Position numbers and translations under genes: made by a program
Assembly: GCA_963845795.1 (NCBI GenBank)
Contig: CAWJTG010000001.1
Location: forward strand, 967 to 64,966
Direction of reading: 5' to 3'
Length of the DNA: 64,000 bases
Origin: an uncultured Actinomycetota bacterium
Lineage (GTDB): Bacteria; Actinomycetota; Actinomycetes; Propionibacteriales; Nocardioidaceae
Part shown: positions 19,505 through 28,886 of the stretch, piece by piece
Layout of the letters: each line of letters starts with the position of its first letter
How positions within the stretch are numbered: position 1 is the first letter of the stretch
The notes under the pieces: model-generated
Told to the model about the DNA's origin: nothing
Databases searched by the model: none
The model's input: only the letters and a program-made list of their open reading frames with translations

Positions 19505-19920
19505 CTCAGGCCGGGGTGGTCGTTCAGGTCGTGGTGGAGCTCCCAGGTGCGGCGGTAGCCGGTGTGGGCCACGCGCCAGCCCACGGGCGTGCGGAGGTAG
19601 CGGTCCTCGTAGAACGCACCGCCCTCGAGCATGAACTTGACGGCCTCGACGATCACCCGGTCCTCCAGGTACCAGCGGCCGGTGGCGGTGTCGCCGTCGA
19701 CGTCGATCTCGGGGTGGTGCACCTGGTGCATGGTGAGCATCCCCTCGCCCAGGTTCTCGCGCATGTAGCCGACCAGGGCGGCGCGGTCCTCGAAGACCAG
19801 TCCGTTGTAGTCGCCGGTGGCCTCGGGCACGAAGCAGTCCTCGAACTCCTCCCACTGCTTGGTGTCGAGCGAGCGGAGGTAGCGGTACTTCAGCCGGGCG
19901 ATGTCGTCGGTGTCCGTCAC
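19471..19920 (-). CDS. SnoaL/NTF2-like protein (BaiE-like dehydratase family)
   Basis: IARLKYRYLRSLDTKQW, TMHQVHHPEIDVDGDTATGRWYL, YEDRY..T..GWR. Confidence 0.85.
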   Translation of the reverse strand: MTDTDDIARLKYRYLRSLDTKQWEEFEDCFVPEATGDYNGLVFEDRAALVGYMRENLGEGMLTMHQVHHPEIDVDGDTATGRWYLEDRVIVEAVKFMLEGGAFYEDRYLRTPVGWRVAHTGYRRTWELHHDLNDHPGLRVTGPGEHLHA

Positions 19921-19928
19921 CGGAGAAC

Positions 19929-19942
19929 TGAAACACGTTCTA
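19929..19942. promoter_or_regulatory. KstR-type operator
   Basis: TGAAACACGTTCTA matches TNNAACNNGTTNNA, 8 nt upstream of the SnoaL start. Confidence 0.7.
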
Positions 19943-20022
19943 CCAAGACTTGTCAGCGGCCCGAGATCGAGACGTAACGCGGCGTCAACCTGGCGGCGGC
20001 CCGGGGCCGCCAGAGTCGAGCC

Positions 20023-20202
20023 ATGACCCACCACGACACCACCGACCTCGACCTGGACCGCCGCCGCGACCAGCGCGACCAGCGCGACGCCCGGGCCCGC
20101 CACGCCGAGAACCTCGCCCGCCTCATGGCCGAGCGCGACGACCTTCGCGGGGTGCACGCCCTCGCCGACCTCGTCGACGACGCGATCCGATGGACCGCCT
20201 GA
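20023..20202 (+). CDS. Small hypothetical protein (59 aa), absent from the ORF track
   Basis: MTHHDTTDLDLDRRRDQRDQRDARARHAENLARLMAERDDLRGVHALADLVDDAIRWTA; strong GC3 codon bias; fills the intergenic gap. Confidence 0.65.
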   Translation: MTHHDTTDLDLDRRRDQRDQRDARARHAENLARLMAERDDLRGVHALADLVDDAIRWTA

Positions 20203-20214
20203 CGGCGGACGGGC

Positions 20215-21756
20215 TCAGCGCCGCCCGGTCTTGAACACGCCGCGCACGATCTCCCGGGTCGCGGTGCGCAGGATGTCCTTGAAGGCGCTCGACGACACCA
20301 CGTCGTGCACGATCCCGTCGTCCTTCTTCGACGCGGCCGGCTTGCGCTTGGCGGGAGCGCCGCCGGACTCCGAGGCGGACGGCGCGTCGGCCTCGGCCTT
20401 GGCGGCGCCCTCCGCGAGCCGCTGGGCCAGCAGCTCGCGGGCCGACTCACGGTCGACGGTGACGCCGTAGGTGGCCTGGCGCGGGCTCGCCTGCACCGTG
20501 GCCGCCATCGCCGCGGGGTCGGTCGGCGCCATGAGCGACTGCGGGGCGCGCAGCCGGGTCCAGGCGACCGGCGTCGGCGCTCCGCGCTCGCCCATCACGG
20601 TGACGATCGCCTCGCCGATGCCGAGGGTGGTGATCACCTCGCCGAGGTCGTCGTAGGCGCTGGTCGGGTAGGTGTTGACGGTGGCCCGGAGCGCCTTGGC
20701 GTCGTTGGGCGTGTGCGCCCGCAGCTGGTGCTGCACCCGGGAGCCGAGCTGGGCGAGCACCTCGTCCGGCACGTCGGTGGGGCTCTGGGTCACGAAGAAG
20801 ACGCCGACGCCCTTCGACCGGATCAGCCGCACCGTCTGCGCGACCTGGTCGAGGAAGTCCGACGACGCGTCGTCGAACAGCAGGTGCGCCTCGTCGAAGA
20901 AGAACACCAGCTTCGGCTTGTCGATGTCGCCCACCTCGGGCAGGTCGTTGAACAGGTCGGCCAGCAACCACATGAGGAAGGTCGAGAAGACGGCGGGTCG
21001 GTCGGCGAGGTCGGGCAGCTCGACCAGCGAGATCAGCCCGCGGCCGTCCGGGGCGGTCTGCACGAGGTCGGACGACGCGAACTCGGGCTCACCGAAGAAG
21101 GCGTCGGCGCCCTGGTCCTGGAAGACGATGAGCTCGCGCAGGATGACGCCGGCAGTGGCCTTCGACAGCCCCCCGAGCTCGGCGAGGTCGGCCTTGCCCT
21201 CGGCGCCGGTGAGGTGGGAGACGACGGCGCGCAGGTCGGCGAGGTCGAGCAGCGGCAGCCCCGCCCGGTCGGCGTAGTGGAACACCAGGCCGAGGCTCGA
21301 CTCCTGGGTGTCGTTGAGCCCGAGCACCTTGCTGAGCAGGGTGGGGCCGAACGACGACATCGTGACCCGCAGCGGCACGCCGGTGCCGCGGCCGCCGATG
21401 GCGTAGTACTCGACCGGATACCCGGTCGGCTCCCAGTCCTGACCCACCGAGGCGGCACGGGCGGTGATCTTGTCGTTCTGCTCACCAGGCGTCGCCAACC
21501 CCGACAGGTCGCCCTTCACGTCGGCGGCGAAGACCGGCACGCCCGCCGCGCTCAGCTGCTCGGCGAGCAGCTGGAGGGTCTTGGTCTTGCCGGTGCCGGT
21601 GGCGCCGGCGATGAGACCGTGCCGGTTCACCATCGCGAGCGGGATCCGGACGGGGGTGTCGACGAGCTCGTCTGGACCGACCATGAGCCCGCCCAGCTCG
21701 AGGGCGGGGCCCTCGAACGCGTAGCCGGCGGCGACGACGTCCCGGATATCTGCCAT
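20215..21756 (-). CDS. HerA-like / DUF853 (YjgR-type) P-loop ATPase
   Basis: NRHGLIAGATGTGKTKTLQ, ADVKGDLSG, FFFDEAHLLF, RLIRSKGVGVFFVTQ. Confidence 0.92.
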   Translation of the reverse strand: MADIRDVVAAGYAFEGPALELGGLMVGPDELVDTPVRIPLAMVNRHGLIAGATGTGKTKTLQLLAEQLSAAGVPVFAADVKGDLSGLATPGEQNDKITARAASVGQDWEPTGYPVEYYAIGGRGTGVPLRVTMSSFGPTLLSKVLGLNDTQESSLGLVFHYADRAGLPLLDLADLRAVVSHLTGAEGKADLAELGGLSKATAGVILRELIVFQDQGADAFFGEPEFASSDLVQTAPDGRGLISLVELPDLADRPAVFSTFLMWLLADLFNDLPEVGDIDKPKLVFFFDEAHLLFDDASSDFLDQVAQTVRLIRSKGVGVFFVTQSPTDVPDEVLAQLGSRVQHQLRAHTPNDAKALRATVNTYPTSAYDDLGEVITTLGIGEAIVTVMGERGAPTPVAWTRLRAPQSLMAPTDPAAMAATVQASPRQATYGVTVDRESARELLAQRLAEGAAKAEADAPSASESGGAPAKRKPAASKKDDGIVHDVVSSSAFKDILRTATREIVRGVFKTGRR

Positions 21757-21796
21757 GCCGGGAACTGTAAAGGGCGACCGCCCTAGACTCCCCCGG

Positions 21797-22090
21797 GTGA
21801 TCTTCAAGCGCGTGGGCGAGGGCCGCCCGTACCCCGCGCACGGGATGTCCTCCGGCGGGTGGGCCACGGTCCCGCCCCGCCAGGTCCGTCTCGACGAGCT
21901 CGTCACGACCAAGGACACCCTGCAGCTCGCCGCGCTGCTCGACGAGGATTCCACGTTCTACGGCGACCTGTTCGCCCACGTGGTCGAGTGGAACGGTGAG
22001 CTCTACCTCGAGGACGGCCTGCACCGCGCGCTGCGCGCCGCCCTGCAGCAGCGGATGGTGCTGCACGCCCGCGTCGTGAGGGTGGGCTGA
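21797..22090 (+). CDS. Small conserved actinobacterial protein with ParB/Srx-like DGxHR motif
   Basis: IFKRVGEGRPYP...LDELVTTK...STFYGDLFAHVV...LYLEDGLHRALRAALQQR. Confidence 0.8.
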   Translation: MIFKRVGEGRPYPAHGMSSGGWATVPPRQVRLDELVTTKDTLQLAALLDEDSTFYGDLFAHVVEWNGELYLEDGLHRALRAALQQRMVLHARVVRVG

Positions 22091-22611
22091 TGGGTCCGCG
22101 CGGGGTCGCCCGGGCCAAGGCCGGCGCCACCTTCGCCGTCCTCGTCCTCGTGCTGGTCATCGGTGTCGCATGGGCCTGGGCGGCCATCACCGAGCCGTTC
22201 CCCGAGCGGGCGCCCACCCCCGACTGCGTCACGTCCGTGGTGCGGGCGGGCGAGCCGCTGCGGCCCGGCGCCATCACGGTGAGCGTGCTCAACGCCGGCG
22301 GGCGCGAGGGCCTCGCCCGTCAGACCATGGACGACCTCACCGGCCGCGGCTTCGACGAGGGCAAGCTCGCCAACGCTCCCGACGGCGCCACCGTCGCCCG
22401 GGTGCAGGTGTGGACGTCGGACCGGTCCGACCCCGCCGCGCGGCTGGTGCGCAGCTACTTGGGCCGCGGCGTCCCGCTGGTGGTCCGCGACGGCGGCCAA
22501 CCCGGCATCAACGTGGTGGTCGGGCCCAACTTCGCGGGCACGGTGAAGGGTCTGGGTCGCATCGTCGTCAAGGACGACGTCACCGTCTGCGGCCCTCCGC
22601 TCGCCCAGTAG
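22090..22611 (+). CDS. LytR C-terminal domain membrane protein
   Basis: N-terminal TM; ITVSVLNAGGREGLA...L..RGF; INVVVGPNF; TGATG overlap with the upstream gene. Confidence 0.85.
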   Translation: MGPRGVARAKAGATFAVLVLVLVIGVAWAWAAITEPFPERAPTPDCVTSVVRAGEPLRPGAITVSVLNAGGREGLARQTMDDLTGRGFDEGKLANAPDGATVARVQVWTSDRSDPAARLVRSYLGRGVPLVVRDGGQPGINVVVGPNFAGTVKGLGRIVVKDDVTVCGPPLAQ

Positions 22612-22619
22612 CTGCTCGG

Positions 22620-24119
22620 CTACTCGTCGAGCCACTGCGCCAGCCGCCCGCGCAGGCTCACCTGGCGCAGCCGCCGCTCGGTCTGCTCGCGCAACCGGCG
22701 CGGGGTGACGACGAGCAGCTCGTCGCCGTGGCGCAGCACCGTGCGCCGCTCGGGCACCAGCGCATCGCCGTCGCGGATCACCAGCGAGACCGACACGCCC
22801 CGCGGCATCCGCAGCTCGCCCACCTCCACCCCGTGCATGCGGGAGGCGGGGCTGATCGTGACCTGGAGGAGGTCGGCGGCCACCCGCTCCAAGGGGGCGG
22901 CCTCGACGTCGAGGTCGCGCGGCTCGGAGCGCCGCGCCACGCGCAGCACCTTGGCCGCCACCGGCAGCGTCGGCCCGGTGAGGAGCGTATAGACGATCAC
23001 CATCACGAACACCAGGTCGAAGAGCCGTTCGGCGCCGTCGACGCCCTCGGCCAGCGGGATGGTGGTGAGCACGATCGGCACCGCGCCCCGCAGCCCCGCC
23101 CACGAGAGGAAGCCCAGCTCGCGCCAGGGCATGGGTTGCACCACCGAGCTGAGGGCCACGGAGACCGGCCGGGCCACGAGGGTGAGCAGCAGGCCCGCCA
23201 CGAGCGCCAGCACGACGGTCTCGAGGTCGATGCGACCCGGTGACAGCAGCAGCCCGAGCATCACGAAGAGACCGATCTGCGCGAGCCAGGCGAATCCCTC
23301 GGCGAACGAGCGCGTCGCCGCGCGGTGGGGCAGCTCGGCGTTGCCGAGCACCAGGGCCGCGACGTACACGGCGGCGAACCCGCTGGCGTGCAGGGCGGTG
23401 GCGGCTCCGTAGCCCAGGAACGCCAGGCACAGCACGGCCAGCGGGTAGAGACCGGACGACGGGAGCGCGACCCGCCGCATCAGCCAGGCTCCGGCGGACC
23501 CGACCAGCAACCCGAGCCCGACGCCGGCGACCAGCTCGAAGACGATGATGCCGACCATGCCGGCGACGCCGTACTCGGCGACAGCGCCGGTGGACACCAG
23601 CGTGACCAGCACGACCGTGGGGGCGTCGTTGAAGCCGGACTCGGACTCCAGCGTGCCGGACATGCGGCGCGAGAGCGGGATCACCCGGATCACCGAGAAC
23701 ACCGCGGCCGCGTCGGTGGGGGACGTGACGGCGCCCAGCAGGATCGCGAGCTCCCAGGGCAGGCCGAGCAGGTAGTGCGACCCGAGCGCGACGACGGTGA
23801 CCGACACCGCGACCCCGACGGTGGCGAGCGAGAGCCCGAGCCGCATGGTCGGCTTCGCCTCGCGCCAGCTCGTGGTGAGACCGCCCTCGGCCAGGATCAC
23901 CGCCAGCGCGGCGAACCCGAGGGCGTGGGCGAGCTGGGCGTCCTCGAACGGGATCCCCAGCCCCGACTCCCCCAGGAGCACACCCATGAGCAGGTAGATC
24001 AGCAGGCTGGGGAGGCCGGCGCGCGAGCTCAGCCGGACGGCGAGGATCGCGAGCAGGGTGACCCCTGAGCCGACGAGAACGAACGTGTCGAACTCGTGGA
24101 CGTCGAACGTCACCGACAC
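22620..24119 (-). CDS. K+/H+ antiporter (NhaP2/CvrA family) with TrkA-C domain
   Basis: ILAEGGLTT, SPTDAAAVFS, ESGFNDA, WAGLRGAVPIVL, C-terminal RCK-C. Confidence 0.92.
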   Translation of the reverse strand: MSVTFDVHEFDTFVLVGSGVTLLAILAVRLSSRAGLPSLLIYLLMGVLLGESGLGIPFEDAQLAHALGFAALAVILAEGGLTTSWREAKPTMRLGLSLATVGVAVSVTVVALGSHYLLGLPWELAILLGAVTSPTDAAAVFSVIRVIPLSRRMSGTLESESGFNDAPTVVLVTLVSTGAVAEYGVAGMVGIIVFELVAGVGLGLLVGSAGAWLMRRVALPSSGLYPLAVLCLAFLGYGAATALHASGFAAVYVAALVLGNAELPHRAATRSFAEGFAWLAQIGLFVMLGLLLSPGRIDLETVVLALVAGLLLTLVARPVSVALSSVVQPMPWRELGFLSWAGLRGAVPIVLTTIPLAEGVDGAERLFDLVFVMVIVYTLLTGPTLPVAAKVLRVARRSEPRDLDVEAAPLERVAADLLQVTISPASRMHGVEVGELRMPRGVSVSLVIRDGDALVPERRTVLRHGDELLVVTPRRLREQTERRLRQVSLRGRLAQWLDE

Positions 24120-24208
24120 ACCTCGGCTCTCGTCGGGGCGATGAGAACGCAGTCTATCGGCGTGCCCCGGGCCTCGAGACGGTCGTCCGCGACAGCGCTG
24201 CGAAAAAC

Positions 24209-24222
24209 TGGAACGTGTTCTA
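24209..24222. promoter_or_regulatory. KstR-type operator
   Basis: TGGAACGTGTTCTA matches TNNAACNNGTTNNA; overlaps a TAGATT -10 just before GTG 24233. Confidence 0.72.
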
Positions 24223-24232
24223 GATTGGCGCG

Positions 24233-25748
24233 GTGAGCAGCACCCTCCCCGCCCCGGACGCCGTGCAGGAGCCCGAGCGCAAGGGCACCGCGCTCCCCGA
24301 GGTGCTGCCGGCCGCGCGGATCGACGGCGCCGAGCGGTTCGACGTCGTGGTGGTCGGGTTCGGCATCGCCGGCGGCTGTGCGGCGCTCGAGGCGGCCCGC
24401 GCGGGCGCCCGGGTGCTGCTGCTGGAGCGGGCTGCCGTGCACGGCGGCACGTCGAGCATGTCGGGCGGCCACTTCTACCTCGGCGGCGGCACCCCGGTGC
24501 AGCGGGCCACCGGCCACGACGACTCGCCGGAGGAGATGGAGAAGTACCTCGACCGCCGCCTCCAAGGAGCCCGAGCCGGACAAGATCCGCGCCTACTGCC
24601 AGGGCTCGGTCGAGCACTTCGGGTGGCTCGAGGCGCTGGGGTTCGAGTTCGAGCGCAGCTACTACGCGGAGAAGGCGGTGATCCAGCCCGGCACCGAAGG
24701 GCTGATGTACACCGGCAACGAGAAGGTGTGGCCGTTCCTCGAGCAGGCGCGGCCGGCCCCGCGCGGTCACAAGGTGCCCGTGCCCGGCGACACCGAGGGC
24801 ACCCGGCTGGTGATGGACCTGCTGCGCGCCCGGGTCGAGGAGGCCGGCGTCGAGGTGCGCTACGAGACCGGCGCCACCCACCTCGTGCAGGCCGACGACG
24901 GGGCGGTGACCGGCGTCGCCTGGCGGCGCTTCGAGGAGACCGGCGCGGTGGCCGCGGGGGCCGTCGTCCTCGCGGCCGGCGGGTTCGTGATGAACGCCGA
25001 CATGGTCGCCGAGCACACCCCCGCCCTCGGCTCGAAGCTGTTCACGCTCGGCTCCACCTACGACGACGGCCTCGGCATCCGGCTCGGCGCCTCGGTCGGC
25101 GGCGATCTGAGGCACATGGACGAGCCGTTCATCACCGCACCCGTCTACCCGCCGTCGACCCTGCTCACCGGCGTCATCGTCAACAACCGAGGCGAGCGCT
25201 TCGTGGCCGAGGACAGCTACCACTCGCGCACCTCGCAACGGGTGATGGAGCAGCCGGGCTCCGAGGCCTACCTCGTCGTCGACAGCGAGCACGGCGAGCT
25301 CGCCAGCTACTCGATGCTCGTGCCGATGATCGACGCCTACGACACGATCGCCGAGCTCGAGACCGCGCTCGGCCTCCCCTCCGGCTCGGTGGCGGCCACG
25401 CTCGCCCGCTACGACGAGCACGCCGCCCGCGGCGAGGACCCCGACTTCCACAAGCAGCCCGAGTTCCTCGCCGCCCAGGACACCGGGCCGTGGGCGGTCT
25501 TCGACCTGCGGCTGGGCAAGGCGCTCTACGCCGGCTTCACCCTCGGCGGGCTGCGCACCTCAATGGACGGCGAGGTGCAGCGCGCCGACGGCACCCCCGT
25601 CGCGGGTCTCTACGCGGCGGGTGCCTGCGCCTCCAACATCGCCCAGGACGGCGCCGGCTACTGCTCCGGCACCCAGCTCGGCGAGGGCTCGTTCTTCGGC
25701 CGCCGGGCCGGCATCGCCGCTGCCGCCCGCGCTGCGGGCAGACCGTAG
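24233..25748 (+). CDS. FAD-dependent oxidoreductase, 3-ketosteroid dehydrogenase-like (delta4-5alpha type); apparent +1 frameshift near 24551
   Basis: DVVVVGFGIAGGCAALEA, GGTSSMSGGHFYLGGGT, then in the next frame VVLAAGGF, GERFVAEDSYH, FTLGGL, GLYAAG, YCSGTQLGEGSFFGRRAG; KstR box upstream. Confidence 0.8.
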
Positions 25749-25758
25749 GGTCGGCGGG

Positions 25759-26946
25759 GTGAGGACCGCCGACCGCTTCGTCGCGGCGAGCCGGGCGGAC
25801 GTGCCGCCGTTCCACGTCATGGACCTGCTGGCCGCGGCCGCCGAGCGACGGCGCACGCACGGCGACGTCGTCGACCTGCTCGCCGGCCAGCCGAGCACCG
25901 GCGCGCCCGGCCCGGTGGCCGACGAGGCGGTGCGGCTCCTGCGCAGCGGCGACCCGCTCGGCTACACGCCCGCCACCGGCATCCGCGAGCTGCGCGAGGC
26001 GATCGCCGCCCACCACCACCGCGTCCACGGCATCGAGGTCGACCCCGACGAGGTCGTGGTCACCACCGGCAGCAGCGGCGGGTTCCTCCTCGCGTTCCTC
26101 GCGGCGTTCGACGTCGGCGACCGGGTGGCGATCGCACGTCCCGGCTACCCCTGCTACCGCAACGTGCTCGCGGCGCTCGGCTGCGAGGTCGTCGAGATTG
26201 CCACCGGTCCCGAGACCCGGTTCCAGCCCACCGTCGAGCAGGTGGCGGAGATCGACGACCTGGCCGGCCTCGTCGTGGCCAGTCCGGCCAACCCCACCGG
26301 CACGATGCTGCTGCCGAGCGAGCTGGCGGCGCTGGGCACGTGGTGCGCGGAGTCCGGCGTCCAGCTGATCTCCGACGAGATCTACCACGGCATCGAGTTC
26401 GCCCCGCTCGACGGCGACGCCGCGCTCGCCCGCTCGGCGTGGGAGACGAGCCGCGAGGCGGTGGTGTTCGCGAGCTTCTCCAAGTACTTCTCGATGACCG
26501 GCTGGCGGATCGGCTGGATGCTGGTGCCGCAGCGGCTGCGCCGCGCGGTCGACGTGCTCGCCGGCAACTTCACGATCTGCCCACCGGTGCTGGCCCAGCG
26601 CGCCTGCCTCGCCGCGTTCGACGACGTCACCTACACCGAGCTCGACGGCCATGTGCGGCGCTACGCCCGTAACCGTCGCGTGCTCCTCGACGGGCTGGCC
26701 CGGCTCGGCGTCGACCGCCTCGCTCCCGCTGACGGCGCGTTCTACGCCTACGCCGACGTCGGTCACCTCACCGACGACTCGATGGCGTTCGCCCACGAGC
26801 TGCTGCGCACCACGGGGGTGGCGGTGGCCACCGGGGTCGACTTCGACACCGTGGACGGTGGCCGCTACCTGCGCTTCAGCTTCGCCGGCCCGGCCGCCGG
26901 GATCGAGGCGGCGCTGGAGCGGCTCGCCCCCGCCTTCAGCCGGTAG
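25759..26946 (+). CDS. PLP-dependent aminotransferase class I/II (aspartate aminotransferase-like)
   Basis: VTTGSSGG, PGYPCY, SPANPTG, SDEIYHG, SFSKYFSMTGWRIGW. Confidence 0.93.
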   Translation: MRTADRFVAASRADVPPFHVMDLLAAAAERRRTHGDVVDLLAGQPSTGAPGPVADEAVRLLRSGDPLGYTPATGIRELREAIAAHHHRVHGIEVDPDEVVVTTGSSGGFLLAFLAAFDVGDRVAIARPGYPCYRNVLAALGCEVVEIATGPETRFQPTVEQVAEIDDLAGLVVASPANPTGTMLLPSELAALGTWCAESGVQLISDEIYHGIEFAPLDGDAALARSAWETSREAVVFASFSKYFSMTGWRIGWMLVPQRLRRAVDVLAGNFTICPPVLAQRACLAAFDDVTYTELDGHVRRYARNRRVLLDGLARLGVDRLAPADGAFYAYADVGHLTDDSMAFAHELLRTTGVAVATGVDFDTVDGGRYLRFSFAGPAAGIEAALERLAPAFSR

Positions 26947-28264
26947 GACGCTCCCACGCGGTGACGCCGGTGGTGCGGGCGGGCGCGGGGGAACGGTGGA
27001 AGCCGAGCGGCAGGAACTCCCGCCGGATCACGCCGTTGCGCACCCGTTGCGGGTGGTCGCCGACGCGCACACTGCCGGCGATCCGGCCCGACCGGTAGGC
27101 GATCCGCGAGATCCGGTCGGAGCCCGACCACGAGATGTAGCAGTAGCGACCGTCCCAGCTGGGCGTCACCCAGTAGGGCTTCAGTCCGCCCTTGAGCAGC
27201 TTGCCGTGCCGGAAGGTGCGCGCGTCCACCACGGTGGCGTAGTCCGACATCGTGCCGGCGACACAGATCCGGGTGCCGGCGGGGTTCATCGCGATCCCGT
27301 GGTGGGCGGAGTCGAGGAGGTAGGCCTCGCGCGGGGTGTCCTCGACGAGGTTGGGCAACCGCTTCACGCGGGTGATCCGCCCGGTGCGCCGGTCGAGCTC
27401 GACGAAGCCGTGGAAGAACGACAGCTGGAAGTAGAACTTCTGCTCGTCCGGCGACAGCGTCATCGGACGGACGGCCGTGGACACGTCGTCCATGCCGCGG
27501 GCGTCGAGTGCTCTGCGCAGGTCGTAGCGGCGCTCGACGCGCAGGGTGCGTGCGTTGACGATCTGGAGCACCCGCTCCTGCTTCGTCGGGTCGGCCGCCG
27601 GGTCGTCGAGCGGGCTGTAGACCATGCCGATGCTGGCGTGCAGGATGCGGCGGCCGCCGTCGATGAACACGCTCTCGTGCGGCGAGCCGCCGGACTGGAA
27701 CCTCCCGAGCTCCTTGCCGTCGCTCATCCGCAGCACGTGGACGACGTTGCCGGTGGAGGCGCTCACGACCACCCGGGTGCCGTCGGGCGAGACCGCCATG
27801 TGGTCGGAGCGGACGCCCTCGACGGCGAAGCGCCACACGATGCGCTGGGTGCGCAGGCTGATCGCCACGACGTCGGCGAACGAGGGGCGCGACACGACGA
27901 CGAGCCGGCCGCCGTTGGAGGAGTACATGTCGTCGACGAACTGGTCGTTGCCCTCCCCGATGAGCTCGCGGATGGCGAGGAAGTAGGCCAGCCGGTAGGG
28001 GTTGGCGGCGATCTCCTGCATCCGCGCCTCGTAGTCGGGGATCACGTTGATGCGGCCGAGGCGCCGGAAGGTGGCGGGGTCGATGACGTCGGCGGTGCCG
28101 GCCCAGTTGTTGCCGACGAACACCACGTGGTCGAGCCCGGGCGCGACCCGACCGGCGTCCTGGCTCACGGCGCCCGGCGCCGCGGTGGCGCCCCCACCGA
28201 GCGGGGCGAGTGTCAGGGCCACGGCCGTGAGGAGGATCGCGAGGATCCGGTGGTGCCTGGTCAC
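26936..28264 (-). CDS. Secreted YncE/YVTN-type beta-propeller protein
   Basis: Signal peptide; FVGNNWAGTADVID, HMAVSPDG, GGSPHE, HHGIAMNPAG, VGDHPQR repeats. Confidence 0.85.
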   Translation of the reverse strand: MTRHHRILAILLTAVALTLAPLGGGATAAPGAVSQDAGRVAPGLDHVVFVGNNWAGTADVIDPATFRRLGRINVIPDYEARMQEIAANPYRLAYFLAIRELIGEGNDQFVDDMYSSNGGRLVVVSRPSFADVVAISLRTQRIVWRFAVEGVRSDHMAVSPDGTRVVVSASTGNVVHVLRMSDGKELGRFQSGGSPHESVFIDGGRRILHASIGMVYSPLDDPAADPTKQERVLQIVNARTLRVERRYDLRRALDARGMDDVSTAVRPMTLSPDEQKFYFQLSFFHGFVELDRRTGRITRVKRLPNLVEDTPREAYLLDSAHHGIAMNPAGTRICVAGTMSDYATVVDARTFRHGKLLKGGLKPYWVTPSWDGRYCYISWSGSDRISRIAYRSGRIAGSVRVGDHPQRVRNGVIRREFLPLGFHRSPAPARTTGVTAWERPTG

Positions 28265-28297
28265 AGCGGGCTCCTTGGGACAGCGCGGACCCCCGAG

Positions 28298-28324
28298 GGT
28301 TTGACGGGGGACCATAGCGGGCAC
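28298..28324 (+). promoter_or_regulatory. sigmaF/sigmaB-type promoter upstream of the WXG/EspG-like module
   Basis: GGTTT-N16-GGGCAC. Confidence 0.5.
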
Positions 28325-28399
28325 GGACGGTTCGTGGGAGCCGCCGTCGAGCGGACCCACCTGACCAACGAGCCGACCCGGGCGGAGGTGACGGTTGCC

Positions 28400-28876
28400 G
28401 TGGCCGACACCTCGCCGTACGGAGACGTGGGGGTCCTGCGGCGCCGCGTCGACCAGCTGCGCGAGCAGGCCGCGGACGTGCGCACGCTCGCCGACCAGGT
28501 GGTGGGCCGCACCGATGCCGCCGGCTGGACCGGCCGGGCGGCCGAGACCCTCCGGCAGCGGGTCGCCGACCGCGCGAGCGACCTGAGGGCCGCCGCTGAG
28601 CGGCACGAGACCGCGGCCGACTCGCTCGAGAAGCACCTCATCGAGGTCGACCGGCTGCAGGAGGAGATCGCGACGCGCGAGCGGAGCACCGCCGACCTGG
28701 TCGCCGAGGCCCGCACCCGCCTCGCCCGCGCCCGGGCCGTCGCCGGCGACGACCCCCGGGTGCGCGTCGCCCCCGACCCCGACGACCTGACCCTGGCCGA
28801 GCTCGAGACCCCGGGACCCGGGCACCGCGACTGGCTCGAGGTCGACCTGCCCGGGCCCCACGGCAGCACCCAGTGA
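28400..28876 (+). CDS. WXG100-like helical protein with C-terminal extension
   Basis: YGDVGVLRRRVDQLREQAADVR...GWTGRAAETLR...LRAAAERHETAADSLEKH; central WTG; ends PGPGHRDWL; start could be 28388. Confidence 0.72.
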   Translation: MADTSPYGDVGVLRRRVDQLREQAADVRTLADQVVGRTDAAGWTGRAAETLRQRVADRASDLRAAAERHETAADSLEKHLIEVDRLQEEIATRERSTADLVAEARTRLARARAVAGDDPRVRVAPDPDDLTLAELETPGPGHRDWLEVDLPGPHGSTQ

Positions 28877-28886
28877 GGACGTCCGC

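Noticed and set aside
20215-21756. HerA-sirtuin anti-phage system (with the sirtuin at 52555)
   Set aside because: The ATPase is DUF853-type, the sirtuin is a canonical CobB, and they are 31 kb apart
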